NCBI GenBank assembly: GCA_024763455.1
Contig: JANTFL010000001.1
Coordinates: 26,678-90,677, forward strand
Origin: Sediminispirochaeta sp.
Lineage (GTDB): Bacteria > Spirochaetota > Spirochaetia > B11-G9
Direction: 5' to 3'
Length of the DNA stretch: 64,000 bases
The stretch's first letter is position 1. Every line of letters starts with the position of its first letter. The notes beneath the pieces were generated by a model that did not search any database, had not been told where the DNA came from, and worked only from the letters and a program-made list of their open reading frames with translations. This document shows, in pieces, positions 29,721 to 40,104 of the stretch. A program made the position numbers and the translations under genes.

Positions 29721-31268
29721 TTAGTTGGTTCTTAACACTTGCTGTGAGAAAACTGACAGGAAGTTATTCTTGAGTTTATCGGAACTCAGAAATTTCCTGT
29801 ATAACGACTCCTGTCTGAACTGATCAACAAGATATGCATAATATGCATCCAGATAGGCAAGTTCATCTGCACCAACGTTTCGTTCTTCAATGAGCTGTGC
29901 CACAATCACTGAATTGTCCAGAATCAAAGGCTCGGTTGTTTCATTTTTCTTTAATGAAAAGAGAGCTTTCAGGGCTCTTTCGTCGGTTGCAGCAGCGTTG
30001 AGTTCTTTGTCGTCATCCAAGGCTCTGATCTGCTTCATAAAATAGCTGTTACCATAGTTAATTGGAAAGTAGTCAGTCACATGAGAGGTAAGGTTCATTC
30101 CACTGCCTGCCGTATCGAATCCTGAAGTGGAAGCATTTTTTCTGAAATTTTCAGCTTTTGATACAAAGAAATCTTCGACTTTACCTTTTTCATTAGTAAG
30201 GAGATAATTTCTGATGTCAGCAATATCTTCTTCCGCAGCAAAGTCGGGATCGGTCCTTTCGTTATTTACCCGGTAAATACTGTAGCCGTAAGGTGTTTTG
30301 ATCAGGGAACTTAACTCTCCTGATTTAAGCGTGAAAACGGTATCAAGGTCTTTACTGTCAGAGAAATCCCCGGTAAGTGAGTGGTATCTGACCCAGCCCA
30401 TATCTCCGCCTTTATCAGCGTATATATCAGTTGACTGATTCTGGGCAATTTCTTCAAAGCGTGCAGGGTTTTCTTTAAGCTGTGTATAGAGAGTATCAGC
30501 TGTTTTTTTATCATCCTTAAGTGAAATGCGGCTTAGATTTACCTTTGCAAAAAGAGCTGAGTTATCCCTGCCGTAGGATATCACTTCCGAATCAGGATAT
30601 GCATCAAAGCTGAATGCCACGTATTTAAAACTCCGTTCAGGAGAAGACATTCCCTTTACAAAATCTTTTTCCTTTTCAGATGAGAGGGTACTGCTTACAT
30701 CACTTAAATACTGCTGCTGCGTAAGCTCTTCACGGTAGAGCTGCCGGGTTGCGTATTTCTCCGAATTAGGGGTGGAATTATAGATTTCAGGGCTGAATTT
30801 CCCGTTATCCATATATGGACCGTACTGGGTAAGAGCTTTGTCTATCCGGTGGTCGGAAATATACAGACCGCTCTCTTTTGCACTGTCAAGGATTGCCATA
30901 TGGAAGACTGTACTGTCAAAGGCACCCTTCCAGATCTGATACGTCTGGTACTGGTAGTTTGAACTGGTGGTATCTGTATTCTGATATTTTTGAACAAAGG
31001 AGTCCAACTGACGTGCGAAATAGCTATTTTGAGTGTATTTTATATCCTTACCGGCGTATTGACCGAAAGTCATATCCTGCCCGCCGCCTAATAGTCCTCT
31101 GAAAAAGGGCGCTCCTACAAAACTGACAACAACCAGTACAAGGATTGCAATACTGAAAACCCATAGAAACGGGTGTTTATGTTGTTTTTCTGCTACAATA
31201 TTTTCTTTGTTTTTTGAAGGCATATGTTCCTCATATTTCTCATAAAATGGCGTTCCAAACCATACCAC
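29721..31268 (-). CDS. membrane-anchored periplasmic peptidyl-prolyl isomerase/chaperone, PpiD/SurA-like (parvulin domain)
   Basis: N-terminal TM helix; parvulin rotamase motif GGDMGWV...F...SGE.S.LIKTPYGYSIYRV. Confidence 0.6.
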   Translation of the reverse strand: MVWFGTPFYEKYEEHMPSKNKENIVAEKQHKHPFLWVFSIAILVLVVVSFVGAPFFRGLLGGGQDMTFGQYAGKDIKYTQNSYFARQLDSFVQKYQNTDTTSSNYQYQTYQIWKGAFDSTVFHMAILDSAKESGLYISDHRIDKALTQYGPYMDNGKFSPEIYNSTPNSEKYATRQLYREELTQQQYLSDVSSTLSSEKEKDFVKGMSSPERSFKYVAFSFDAYPDSEVISYGRDNSALFAKVNLSRISLKDDKKTADTLYTQLKENPARFEEIAQNQSTDIYADKGGDMGWVRYHSLTGDFSDSKDLDTVFTLKSGELSSLIKTPYGYSIYRVNNERTDPDFAAEEDIADIRNYLLTNEKGKVEDFFVSKAENFRKNASTSGFDTAGSGMNLTSHVTDYFPINYGNSYFMKQIRALDDDKELNAAATDERALKALFSLKKNETTEPLILDNSVIVAQLIEERNVGADELAYLDAYYAYLVDQFRQESLYRKFLSSDKLKNNFLSVFSQQVLRTN

Positions 31269-31337
31269 GTGCTTTTAGATGTGTCAATTCTCTTAATAGT
31301 AATTGTATTTTCTCACTATTGTTTGTATATTAAAAAT

Positions 31338-31853
31338 ATGTTATGCGATGTTTGCGGAAAAAGAGAAGCGGCGATACATATTCAGCAGATCATAGGAAAG
31401 AAAGTGATTGATCTGCACTTGTGCCGGCAGTGTGCCAGGGAGAAGAATGTCTCGGAAACAGAGGGGTCTGTAAACAATTCAATTATAAATTTGGTAAAGA
31501 ATCTCCTGGATGGAACTCGTTTGACACAGTTCATTGATCAAAAAACTACGTATTGCCCGACTTGTAATACAAAACTGCATGAAATCAGAGAAACCGGAAA
31601 GACGGGTTGCCCCGACTGTTACAGAGAGTTTAGAACAGTTATCCGTGAATCTCTGGGTGTGGGAAACACACCTCTTCTGCATAACGGCAACATCCCTGAA
31701 AAGCTGAAGAGCTATAAAACAATTCTGGTTGACAGAGAAAAGCTGAAAAAAGAGCTTGAAGAGGCAGTGTTTAAAGAGGATTACGAAACTGCCGTTGTAC
31801 TGCGGGATAAGCTGAAGGAACTTGAGATTGAGCTGGGAAGGGGTAATGAGTAG
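31338..31853 (+). CDS. mcsA: McsA-like protein-arginine kinase activator (zinc-finger N-terminus, C-terminal UVR domain)
   Basis: two CxxC pairs (CDVCGK...CRQC; CPTCN...CPDC) and UVR-like DYETAVVLRDKLKELE; placed upstream of mcsB-clpC. Confidence 0.65.
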   Translation: MLCDVCGKREAAIHIQQIIGKKVIDLHLCRQCAREKNVSETEGSVNNSIINLVKNLLDGTRLTQFIDQKTTYCPTCNTKLHEIRETGKTGCPDCYREFRTVIRESLGVGNTPLLHNGNIPEKLKSYKTILVDREKLKKELEEAVFKEDYETAVVLRDKLKELEIELGRGNE

Positions 31854-32901
31854 TTTTTCAGGATTTGAAACTGCTCCTCTTTGGTGCAGGAAGGAAGGAG
31901 AAGCGCGTGATGTAGTCCTATCCAGCAGGGTAAGACTGTCGAGAAACCTGGCGGGATTTACTTTTCCTGAAAAATTGACCCTAAAGGATGAGGAAGAGGT
32001 AAAGAATATTGTCCTTTCAGCGGTAGAAACAAGCAACCAGTACAAGGATATGGAAGTTCTGTACATGAACGATGTTATTCCTGTTGAAAGAATGATGCTG
32101 TTCGAGAAAAGGCTTGTTTCCAGGGATTTTTCTGAAGGCAGGAATAAAGCGGTCGTTATACGGAGTGATAAGAGTCTTTCCTGCATGGTTAATGAAACCG
32201 ACCACCTTAAGATAGCTGCGTATACCGGTGGGCTTGATCTTGAAGAGGCATTTAATGAAGCCCGGGAGTTTGACGTAGCATTGGAAAAAAATCTGGATTA
32301 TGCAGTTTCTCTGGAGTTTGGATATCTCACCAGTCAGATAAAGAATGCCGGGACCGGTATGAAAGCTTCAGTTATGCTTCACCTGCCGTTTCTTGTAAGA
32401 ACAGGGCTGTTGGATAGAGCGATTAAATCCTCACTGACGGAGGAATTCTCAGTAAAAGGCTTTTTAAGTGATGAAGAAAACTCTCTGGGAGACCTGTATC
32501 AGGTTTCAAACGAAGTATCGATAGGAATAAGCGAAGAGGCATATTTGAAAAAACTGCAGACAGTGGCATCTTCACTCATGGGGTATGAACGACGGGCACG
32601 GGACCAGTTCTACAAGAGTAAAAGCATGGAGCTGGAAGATATATTTTACCGGGCTTATGGAATCCTTAAAAACTGCAGACTTCTGTCTTTGAAGGAAGCG
32701 GTACGGTATCTTATGGATTTTAGAATTGGAATAATAATGGGTTGGTCCGATGTCCCTTTGGAACGGATTGACTATCTGATAATTCTGGTGCAGAAAGCGC
32801 ATATCCAGTCTACTCTTGACTTTGATGAGGAATCAAACTCAAAAATTATTAATTATACCCGTTCAAAGCTTGTCAAAAGATATCTTGAGTTACTACAATA
32901 G
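31846..32901 (+). CDS. mcsB: protein arginine kinase McsB (ATP:guanido phosphotransferase family)
   Basis: SSRVRLSRNLAGFTFP phosphagen-kinase-like motif; ATGA start/stop overlap with mcsA; followed by clpC. Confidence 0.75.
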   Translation: MSSFSGFETAPLWCRKEGEARDVVLSSRVRLSRNLAGFTFPEKLTLKDEEEVKNIVLSAVETSNQYKDMEVLYMNDVIPVERMMLFEKRLVSRDFSEGRNKAVVIRSDKSLSCMVNETDHLKIAAYTGGLDLEEAFNEAREFDVALEKNLDYAVSLEFGYLTSQIKNAGTGMKASVMLHLPFLVRTGLLDRAIKSSLTEEFSVKGFLSDEENSLGDLYQVSNEVSIGISEEAYLKKLQTVASSLMGYERRARDQFYKSKSMELEDIFYRAYGILKNCRLLSLKEAVRYLMDFRIGIIMGWSDVPLERIDYLIILVQKAHIQSTLDFDEESNSKIINYTRSKLVKRYLELLQ

Positions 32902-32916
32902 GAGTAGGGGGATCAT

Positions 32917-35409
32917 ATGTATAAGGGGCTAACACAACGGGCTAAATTAATAGTAACCGTATACTCACAGGAAGAGGCAAAGCGGTTCAGATCAGACCAG
33001 CTTTTACCGGAACATATACTCCTGGCAATAATAAAAGAGGGCGAAGGGACAGGTTTAAAGGTTTTGAAATCCTTAAAAATAAATCCTGTTGAACTTCAGC
33101 TGGAGATTGAGAAGGGAATTCCCAGAAAACACTCAGGATATATCCTGGGAGACGTATCACTATCCAGAAGAGGGACGCGAATTATTGAAGACTCTGCCGA
33201 AGAAGCAAAAGCTCTTGGCCATGAGTATATTGGTACAGAACATTTTATTCTTGCAGCTATTAAAGAGCAGGGGAGTATTCTTCAGCGTTTCCTCGGAAAA
33301 AACGGAGTTTCATACAGTGATTTTCGGAAGGCAGTCATTGCCATGCGGGGCGCCGGTTCAAATTCGGCAAGTAGAAATACCCGGTTTCAGGCACAAAAGA
33401 AGAATCAGCCGGTGAGCAGCAAGAAGGGAACACCTACCCTGAACGACTTCTCCAGGGATCTTACAGAGTATGCCCGCAAAGGAGCCCTTGACCCTGTCAT
33501 AGGTCGGGAACAGGAGATTAAAAGGGTTATCCAGATTCTTGCCCGGCGCACAAAAAACAATCCGGTTCTTGTAGGTGAGCCGGGAGTAGGGAAGACGGCA
33601 ATAGTCGAAGGACTGGCCCAGCGGATCGTGGACGGGACGGCACCCGATTTACTTCTTGGTAAACGGGTTTTGACCCTGGATATTGCTTCTCTCATTGCGG
33701 GAACAAAATACAGGGGAGAGTTTGAGGAACGTCTAAAGCGTGTAATGAAAGAGATCCGTAATGATGGAAACGTGATTCTTTTTATTGATGAACTGCACAC
33801 AATAATAGGAGCCGGCGGTGCTGAGGGGGCAATTGATGCGTCTAATATGTTAAAACCTGCCCTTTCCAGAGGTGAGATTCAGTGCATCGGTGCAACTACA
33901 TTAAATGAATACAGGAAATATATTGAAAAAGATTCAGCTTTGGAGAGAAGATTTCAGAGTATTTTTGTGGATGAACCTACGGTGGAGGATACAATAAAAA
34001 TACTTAACGGAATTAAAAAGCAATATGAGAATCATCATAATGTAGAATATGAAGATAAGGCAGTTACCGCAGCTGCAATGCTCTCGCACAGGTATATCTC
34101 AGACAGGTTCCTTCCTGACAAAGCAATTGATCTGCTGGATGAAGCAGGTGCAGTAAAAAGAATTAACAATACTGTACGGCCGGGCAGTATACGGAAGATG
34201 GAGGAAGAGATTGAAGAACTCACTTCAAAAAAGATTGAACTGGTCAATAATCAGGACTACGAGAGGGCAGCAGCTGTCAGAGATCAGGTTCGCCAGCTTA
34301 AGCTCGAAATGGATAAAAAACTCAATGACTGGAATAGTTCCATGAAGGTGGAAAAGGTAACAGTCTATGAAACCGATATAGATGAGATAATATCCAGTAT
34401 CACCGGGATACCAGCAGCCAGGATTGCTGAGAGTGAATCGGAAAAGCTCCTTCAGATTGAGAGTGAACTGCATAAAACAGTAATAGGACAGAATGAAGCA
34501 ATAACCGCTATTGCATCAAGTATAAGACGGTCAAGAACAGGACTTTCTTCTCCTGGAAGACCTTTGGGGTCCTTTATTTTCCTGGGACCCACAGGGGTGG
34601 GAAAGACTCTCCTTGCAAAAACCCTTGCACAGTATCTTTTTGGAAAAGAAGATGCACTTGTAAGGATAGATATGTCCGATTTTATGGAAAAACACAACAT
34701 TAGCCGGCTGGTTGGAGCACCCCCCGGGTATGTAGGATATGAAGAGGGAGGACTTCTCACCGAGAAAATTCGGAGACGACCTTACAGTGTTATCCTTCTT
34801 GATGAGATTGAAAAAGCACATCCTGACGTTTTTAATCTTCTGCTTCAGCTTCTTGAGGAAGGGGAGCTTCAGGATAATCTGGGACATAAGGTTTCTTTTA
34901 AGAATACTGTTCTTATTATGACATCCAACGCAGGAGCCAGAGAAATCTCACAGGAAAATTCTCTGGGGTTTAAATCCAACGATGGAATACTGAGTTACTC
35001 AGAGATACGGGCTTCTGCTTTAAATGAACTCCGGCTTCAATTCCGACCTGAGTTTATAAACAGAGTGGACGAGATTGTAGTCTTCAACAGCCTCACAAGA
35101 GAAGAGATAAGAAATATTGTGGATATTCTCCTTGATGAGATTAAGTTACGGCTGCTTGAGATGAATATAATCCTGGAATTGAAGAAAAGTGCCAGAGAGT
35201 ATCTGGTTGATAACGGTTATGATCCGAAGTTCGGCGCACGGCCATTACGAAGAGTCCTTCAAAAAGAGATAGAAGACCCCCTTTCCGTTCAAATACTTGA
35301 GGGGAAATGTCCTGCCGGTAGCAGGGTTACCGCAGGAGTACGTAAAGGGCATCTCTCTTTTGCGATAGATAAACCAAAACTTATAGAAGCTAAAACACCG
35401 GTTGTATAA
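32917..35409 (+). CDS. clpC: ATP-dependent Clp protease ATP-binding subunit ClpC
   Basis: Clp_N repeats, two AAA+ modules (GEPGVGKT, GPTGVGKT), UVR-like middle domain; 830 aa. Confidence 0.9.
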   Translation: MYKGLTQRAKLIVTVYSQEEAKRFRSDQLLPEHILLAIIKEGEGTGLKVLKSLKINPVELQLEIEKGIPRKHSGYILGDVSLSRRGTRIIEDSAEEAKALGHEYIGTEHFILAAIKEQGSILQRFLGKNGVSYSDFRKAVIAMRGAGSNSASRNTRFQAQKKNQPVSSKKGTPTLNDFSRDLTEYARKGALDPVIGREQEIKRVIQILARRTKNNPVLVGEPGVGKTAIVEGLAQRIVDGTAPDLLLGKRVLTLDIASLIAGTKYRGEFEERLKRVMKEIRNDGNVILFIDELHTIIGAGGAEGAIDASNMLKPALSRGEIQCIGATTLNEYRKYIEKDSALERRFQSIFVDEPTVEDTIKILNGIKKQYENHHNVEYEDKAVTAAAMLSHRYISDRFLPDKAIDLLDEAGAVKRINNTVRPGSIRKMEEEIEELTSKKIELVNNQDYERAAAVRDQVRQLKLEMDKKLNDWNSSMKVEKVTVYETDIDEIISSITGIPAARIAESESEKLLQIESELHKTVIGQNEAITAIASSIRRSRTGLSSPGRPLGSFIFLGPTGVGKTLLAKTLAQYLFGKEDALVRIDMSDFMEKHNISRLVGAPPGYVGYEEGGLLTEKIRRRPYSVILLDEIEKAHPDVFNLLLQLLEEGELQDNLGHKVSFKNTVLIMTSNAGAREISQENSLGFKSNDGILSYSEIRASALNELRLQFRPEFINRVDEIVVFNSLTREEIRNIVDILLDEIKLRLLEMNIILELKKSAREYLVDNGYDPKFGARPLRRVLQKEIEDPLSVQILEGKCPAGSRVTAGVRKGHLSFAIDKPKLIEAKTPVV

Positions 35410-35411
35410 TT

Positions 35412-36341
35412 ATGAATTTAGAATTATTTATTCTCGGTACAGGGGGTATGATGCCCCTGCCCGGGAGATTTCTCACGTCAGCACTCCTCAGGAGAGAGGG
35501 AGAACTTTTCCTTTTTGACTGTGGTGAAGGGACCCAGGTATCTTTACGAAAGCTTAATTTAAAATGGAAAAAGATATCAGTAATCTTTATCAGCCACACC
35601 CATGCAGATCATGTTACCGGCCTTCCCGGGATACTTATGCTCTCCAGTCAAGTTGAGCGGGACGAGCCGTTATACATAATAGGACCTCCGAATATAAAGG
35701 AGTACGTCGAATCCAGCAGAAAAGCTTTGGATATGTACATAAACTATGAGATTATAGTCAAGGAGATTAATGAACCGGGAATTGTATACGAAGGAGACGG
35801 CTATTCGGTCAAAGCTTTTTCCCTTCAGCATACAAAACCCTGCTTTGGCTATACGCTGGTGGAGGATCCCCGTCCCGGTGTCTTTAATCCGGATGCTGCC
35901 CGGAATCTTCAAGTCCCCATGGGACCTTTATGGGCACGGCTGCAGTCAGGTGAAAATGTTACTCTGGAAAACGGAATTGTCATAACACCGGAGATGGTGC
36001 TTGGGGAGCAGCGAAAGGGGAGAAAATTTTCCTTTGTTACAGATACAAAATATTTTAGTGGTATAAAGGATAATGTGAAAAATTCTGATGTTCTTATCTG
36101 TGAGGGGATGTTCAGGGATGAGCTGAAGGAAAGTGCCGCAGAAAAAAAACATATGACTGCCACCCAGGCGGCTACCATAGCAAAAGAAGCAGGAGGTGTT
36201 AAAAAAATGGGACTGATTCATTACAGCCCACGGTACACCGAATATGACTTGAGGTTTCTCTTAAAAGAAGCAAAAACGATTTTTCCAAATACCTTTCTTT
36301 CCAGGGATGGTCAATCCGTGAATATCCCTTTCGAGGATTAA
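35412..36341 (+). CDS. rnz: ribonuclease Z (MBL-fold tRNA 3' endonuclease)
   Basis: ILGTGGMMP...FLFDCGEGTQ...HTHADHVTGLPG motifs; 309 aa. Confidence 0.8.
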   Translation: MNLELFILGTGGMMPLPGRFLTSALLRREGELFLFDCGEGTQVSLRKLNLKWKKISVIFISHTHADHVTGLPGILMLSSQVERDEPLYIIGPPNIKEYVESSRKALDMYINYEIIVKEINEPGIVYEGDGYSVKAFSLQHTKPCFGYTLVEDPRPGVFNPDAARNLQVPMGPLWARLQSGENVTLENGIVITPEMVLGEQRKGRKFSFVTDTKYFSGIKDNVKNSDVLICEGMFRDELKESAAEKKHMTATQAATIAKEAGGVKKMGLIHYSPRYTEYDLRFLLKEAKTIFPNTFLSRDGQSVNIPFED

Positions 36342-36343
36342 CT

Positions 36344-37012
36344 GTGGTATCTGTTCATAATATTTCCCGAAGGTACGGCTCAAAAAAAGTTTTGGATAAT
36401 ATAAGTTTTACCCTCGAAAACAACGGTGTTTATGGCTTTTTAGGACCGAACGGTGCCGGAAAATCAACACTTTTAAAAATTATTTCCGGTTTTAAATTCC
36501 CGGATGAGGGAATGGTACGTACCGATTCATCTATCGGGTACCTGCCTGAGAATTCACCCCTGGATGGAAATCTTACTGTTTATGAATTTCTTTTTCTTTT
36601 TGCATCGTTGAAAGGTCTCAAAGGAACTGAAAGAACTGAGGAGCTTAGGAGGGTTATTGAGCTCTGTTCTATACAGGATGTAGCTGGATTCAGAACGGAT
36701 ACGCTCTCCAAGGGGTATAAACAGCGGACAGGGCTAGCCCAGGCTCTTTTAAACCGCCCAGGGATACTTCTTTTGGACGAACCTCTTTCGGGACTGGACC
36801 CGGAACAGGTGGTCAGTGTCCGTAAAATAATTGAAAATGCTGCAGAAGAGAGTATTGTTATCGTATCTTCCCATAATTTGAAGGAAATGGAGCAGATAAG
36901 CAGCCGGATATTTATACTGAATAAAGGAAGCATTGAAGCACAAGCAAACTTTTCCGATGACATCAACCTTGAAGAGTTTTATTTGAAAACAATTGGCAGC
37001 ATTTTATTATGA
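36344..37012 (+). CDS. ABC transporter ATP-binding protein (GldA-like, ABC-2 type)
   Basis: GTG start; Walker A GPNGAGKST, signature LSKGYKQR, Walker B LLLDEP. Confidence 0.85.
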   Translation: MVSVHNISRRYGSKKVLDNISFTLENNGVYGFLGPNGAGKSTLLKIISGFKFPDEGMVRTDSSIGYLPENSPLDGNLTVYEFLFLFASLKGLKGTERTEELRRVIELCSIQDVAGFRTDTLSKGYKQRTGLAQALLNRPGILLLDEPLSGLDPEQVVSVRKIIENAAEESIVIVSSHNLKEMEQISSRIFILNKGSIEAQANFSDDINLEEFYLKTIGSILL

Positions 37013-37731
37013 GAAACGCGTACTACGTATTTACAAGAGATATAAAAAAATTTTATAGATCCCGGGGAGCCTCTTTTCTTTATTTCACCTTTTTGATAAT
37101 TACTTCGCTTTGGCTCTATAAAATAGATAATTTTCTCATACGGGGCAGAGCTGATTTCACCAGCTATTTTACTTTATTTCCCTATATTCTTACTATTATT
37201 ATCCCTGCACTCACCATGGGTAGTATCGCCGGGGAAAAAAATAGAGGTACCTACGAATTGCTTCTTGCTCAGGGGGTTAGTGTACTTTCCTTAACAGTAG
37301 GAAAGTATGCTGCTGTCCTTGTTCAAATCGCTAGTATGATACTCCTTACCGTCCCGGTCCCCGTATCTCTCAGCAGCCTCGGCGATTTTGACGGTGGTAG
37401 AATAGTTGCCAACTATATCGGTGTACTGCTTTTTTCTTCTACCCTGGCTGGATTGGGTCTTTACATTTCAGCTTTATCCCGAAAACAGATTCAGGCATTT
37501 ATTCTCTCTGTACTGTTTATCCTGATTCTGGTATTACCCTGGACGGTTGTCAGTGTATCAGCTGGCGGGGGGATTTTTGCAGAAATCTTGAAAAATAGTT
37601 CTCCCTGGTATCACCTTGCTTCTTTCTCCAGAGGACTGTTGGACAGCAGGGATCTGATATACTTCGTTGCAACAGCACTATTTTTTATCTTTTTAACTAT
37701 ACGGAAGATTAACCTGGAGCGATGGTCATGA
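37009..37731 (+). CDS. ABC-2 family transporter permease (GldF-like)
   Basis: six predicted TM segments; translationally coupled to the flanking ABC genes. Confidence 0.65.
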   Translation: MRNAYYVFTRDIKKFYRSRGASFLYFTFLIITSLWLYKIDNFLIRGRADFTSYFTLFPYILTIIIPALTMGSIAGEKNRGTYELLLAQGVSVLSLTVGKYAAVLVQIASMILLTVPVPVSLSSLGDFDGGRIVANYIGVLLFSSTLAGLGLYISALSRKQIQAFILSVLFILILVLPWTVVSVSAGGGIFAEILKNSSPWYHLASFSRGLLDSRDLIYFVATALFFIFLTIRKINLERWS

Positions 37732-39221
37732 AGAGACGGGAAATACTCTTTACAATTGCAGGTGGAGCGGTTTTTATCATTATACTGTTCTACAGTAACC
37801 TGTTTAATTTCCGGATAGATATTACCGACACAAAGGCATACTCCCTTACCCGGATTTCCAGATCCATAGGTAAGGAACTTCCCCAGCCGGTGAGGATAAC
37901 CTATTATAAAACAAAGGGTATTGAGGGAATATTCCCCGGTACGGCGGATATAATACCTCTTCTGGATGAATTTGCAAGGACATCAGGAGGAAAGATCAGT
38001 CTTAAAATTGTTGATCCTGATTCTATCGTAGATGAAAAAGTTTTTGAGGCCGAAGGAATAGCTTCCCGGCAGGTGAGAATTGTCCGGGATAACAAGAAGT
38101 TTGATTTAAAGGTATATTCTTCGATAACAATCAATTTCCTTGACAGGACAAAGGTTCTCAATTTTGTATACGACATCTCCAGCCTGGAGTATCAGGTTGT
38201 AAGTGCTATCAGGGAGTTAGTTCAAAACAGGAGACGGGTAGTCGGTCTTCTTTTAGGTGACCAAACCCGAAGTTTAAATAAAGATTACACCATGCTGACC
38301 GGCACATTAAGCAGAGATTTTGATTTGGTACCGGTAGATTCCACCAGTTCCTCTACTGTCGGAATGAACGTTCTTCTGGTCCTGGGAAGCAGGGATATAA
38401 CCCTGTTGGACACACAAAAAATAAAGAGTTTTATTGAAAACGGCGGGAATGTATTTTTTGCTGCGGAGGGAGTATTCGTTAATGTGAAAAACAGCTTTTC
38501 TGCTGAGCCGGTTAAGAATAATCCGCTTTTTCAACTGCTTGCAGACTACGGGGTATCTGTTAAAAATACACTGGTTATTGATCCTCTTAACCCGAAGGAT
38601 TTTCGAATACCGAAATCTTTTTATGGCGATGTTGCGTGGAAAACCATCGGACCCTATCCCCAATGGATAACAGTGAGTCATGCTGTTTCAGTAGACAATC
38701 CGATAACTGCTCATTTTGCCGGAGTGGACCTTTTATGGGCAAGCCCCCTCATTCTGGATAGAGATAAAAATGACGGAAGCAGTGTCCTTTTTACAAGTTC
38801 AACTCTCGCTTGGGAAATGAGTGCTCCCTTTGCAACGGATCCATTCAGTACCGAACAGTATAATGAGGGTAGAGCAGCAACTCGTTCAGTACACGTTCTG
38901 GGTGTTTCGATTATCAAAGGTAACTCTCGGATGATTGTGGTGGGTGATTCTGATTTTTTATCTGATCTGATAACCTGGAGCGAAAGCTACCGGAACATGA
39001 ATTTTATTCTTGATTCAGTTGACTGGTTATCACAAAATGAGGATTTTATGGAGATCAGAACCAAAAGAAATGTTAACAGGAGCCTTGATATCCTTGATGA
39101 GGGGCGAACCCAGGCCGTGTACAGCCTTTCTGAATTTTTAAATGTTATTTTAATACCGGTACTTATTCTGGTTGCAGGATTTATTAAAAAGAGTAGAAAA
39201 CGAAAGAGAAATGAAGATTAA
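37722..39221 (+). CDS. ABC-type uncharacterized transport system auxiliary component (GldG-like)
   Basis: N- and C-terminal TM anchors around a large periplasmic domain; gene order ATPase-permease-GldG typical of gldAFG-like operons. Confidence 0.55.
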   Translation: MVMKRREILFTIAGGAVFIIILFYSNLFNFRIDITDTKAYSLTRISRSIGKELPQPVRITYYKTKGIEGIFPGTADIIPLLDEFARTSGGKISLKIVDPDSIVDEKVFEAEGIASRQVRIVRDNKKFDLKVYSSITINFLDRTKVLNFVYDISSLEYQVVSAIRELVQNRRRVVGLLLGDQTRSLNKDYTMLTGTLSRDFDLVPVDSTSSSTVGMNVLLVLGSRDITLLDTQKIKSFIENGGNVFFAAEGVFVNVKNSFSAEPVKNNPLFQLLADYGVSVKNTLVIDPLNPKDFRIPKSFYGDVAWKTIGPYPQWITVSHAVSVDNPITAHFAGVDLLWASPLILDRDKNDGSSVLFTSSTLAWEMSAPFATDPFSTEQYNEGRAATRSVHVLGVSIIKGNSRMIVVGDSDFLSDLITWSESYRNMNFILDSVDWLSQNEDFMEIRTKRNVNRSLDILDEGRTQAVYSLSEFLNVILIPVLILVAGFIKKSRKRKRNED

Positions 39222-40104
39222 AACCATAATTATCTTTTCCATCATTGTAGTAATCCTGCCTGGAATATTTGTTTTTAAAAAGTCTCACACCCGTTCTCTG
39301 CTTTCTGCATCGTTTATCAGTACGGTTAACACTATGACGATGGAAAATGGGAGCGGGAGTTATACCTTGATAAAGCAGGGCAGAGACTGGTTCCTCGACG
39401 AAGGAGCTACGCATTTTATCTGCAGAAACGGAACGGTTAATGCTTATCTCCAAAAACTTGCTGGTTTAAAAATAATTGAAACGGCTGGTACTTCCAAAGC
39501 TGTCTGGGGAGATCTCGGAGTTGCTGATAACGATCATCATTCAACCACGCTGAAAAACGGTAAGGAAACAGTAAAGCTTTTCTGGGGAAAAAAGAGTGCT
39601 GGCGGAGAAGAGGTTTTTGTCCGGAAAAACCGGGAAGAGTCAGTCTATGTTACAACCTTTCCGGGGGCCGCCATTTATGCAGATAAATGGGGTTGGGTCA
39701 ATGTAAAAATTTTGCCAGTTGCTATTGATACTACTGAAATTATCTCCCTGGACTTTAAGAAAGAGGGGCAGGACTACTCGATAATACGGAAGAATTACTG
39801 GGAGTTGCACTCTGCACGAGGAACCGCCAGGATGGATACCAGGAAGATGAATCTATTACTGGAGAGGATAAAGAACCTGAAGGGAGAAGCTGTGGTCTTG
39901 AAAACGAAGAAGGCTGAGATGATGTCCGCAGGTACACTTATAGTACACCTTGCCGGAGACACCGCTTTGATACTGAATTTCTTAAAAGACAAAAAAGGCA
40001 GTTATTTTGCTGCAGAAGAAAGCAGTGGCTACCTCTACAGGATAAACACAGCAGAAAGAAACGGCGTGTTACCGGATGTAAAATACCTTCTGGATCACTT
40101 TTGA
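39211..40104 (+). CDS. hypothetical exported protein (DUF4340-like, commonly found after GldG)
   Basis: start set at MKIKTIIIFSIIVVILPG (signal-peptide-like); the ORF track's start at 39172 overlaps gldG-like by 50 nt. Confidence 0.45.
   Translation: MKIKTIIIFSIIVVILPGIFVFKKSHTRSLLSASFISTVNTMTMENGSGSYTLIKQGRDWFLDEGATHFICRNGTVNAYLQKLAGLKIIETAGTSKAVWGDLGVADNDHHSTTLKNGKETVKLFWGKKSAGGEEVFVRKNREESVYVTTFPGAAIYADKWGWVNVKILPVAIDTTEIISLDFKKEGQDYSIIRKNYWELHSARGTARMDTRKMNLLLERIKNLKGEAVVLKTKKAEMMSAGTLIVHLAGDTALILNFLKDKKGSYFAAEESSGYLYRINTAERNGVLPDVKYLLDHF

Noticed and set aside
31269-31337. Possible CtsR operator upstream of mcsA (tGTCAATtctCTTAATAg)
   Set aside because: Only a weak partial match to the (A/G)GTCAAA-NAN-(A/G)GTCAAA direct repeat; no ctsR gene nearby.
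35670-36221. Several 70-90-aa ORFs on both strands inside rnz
   Set aside because: Nested within a well-supported RNase Z coding region.
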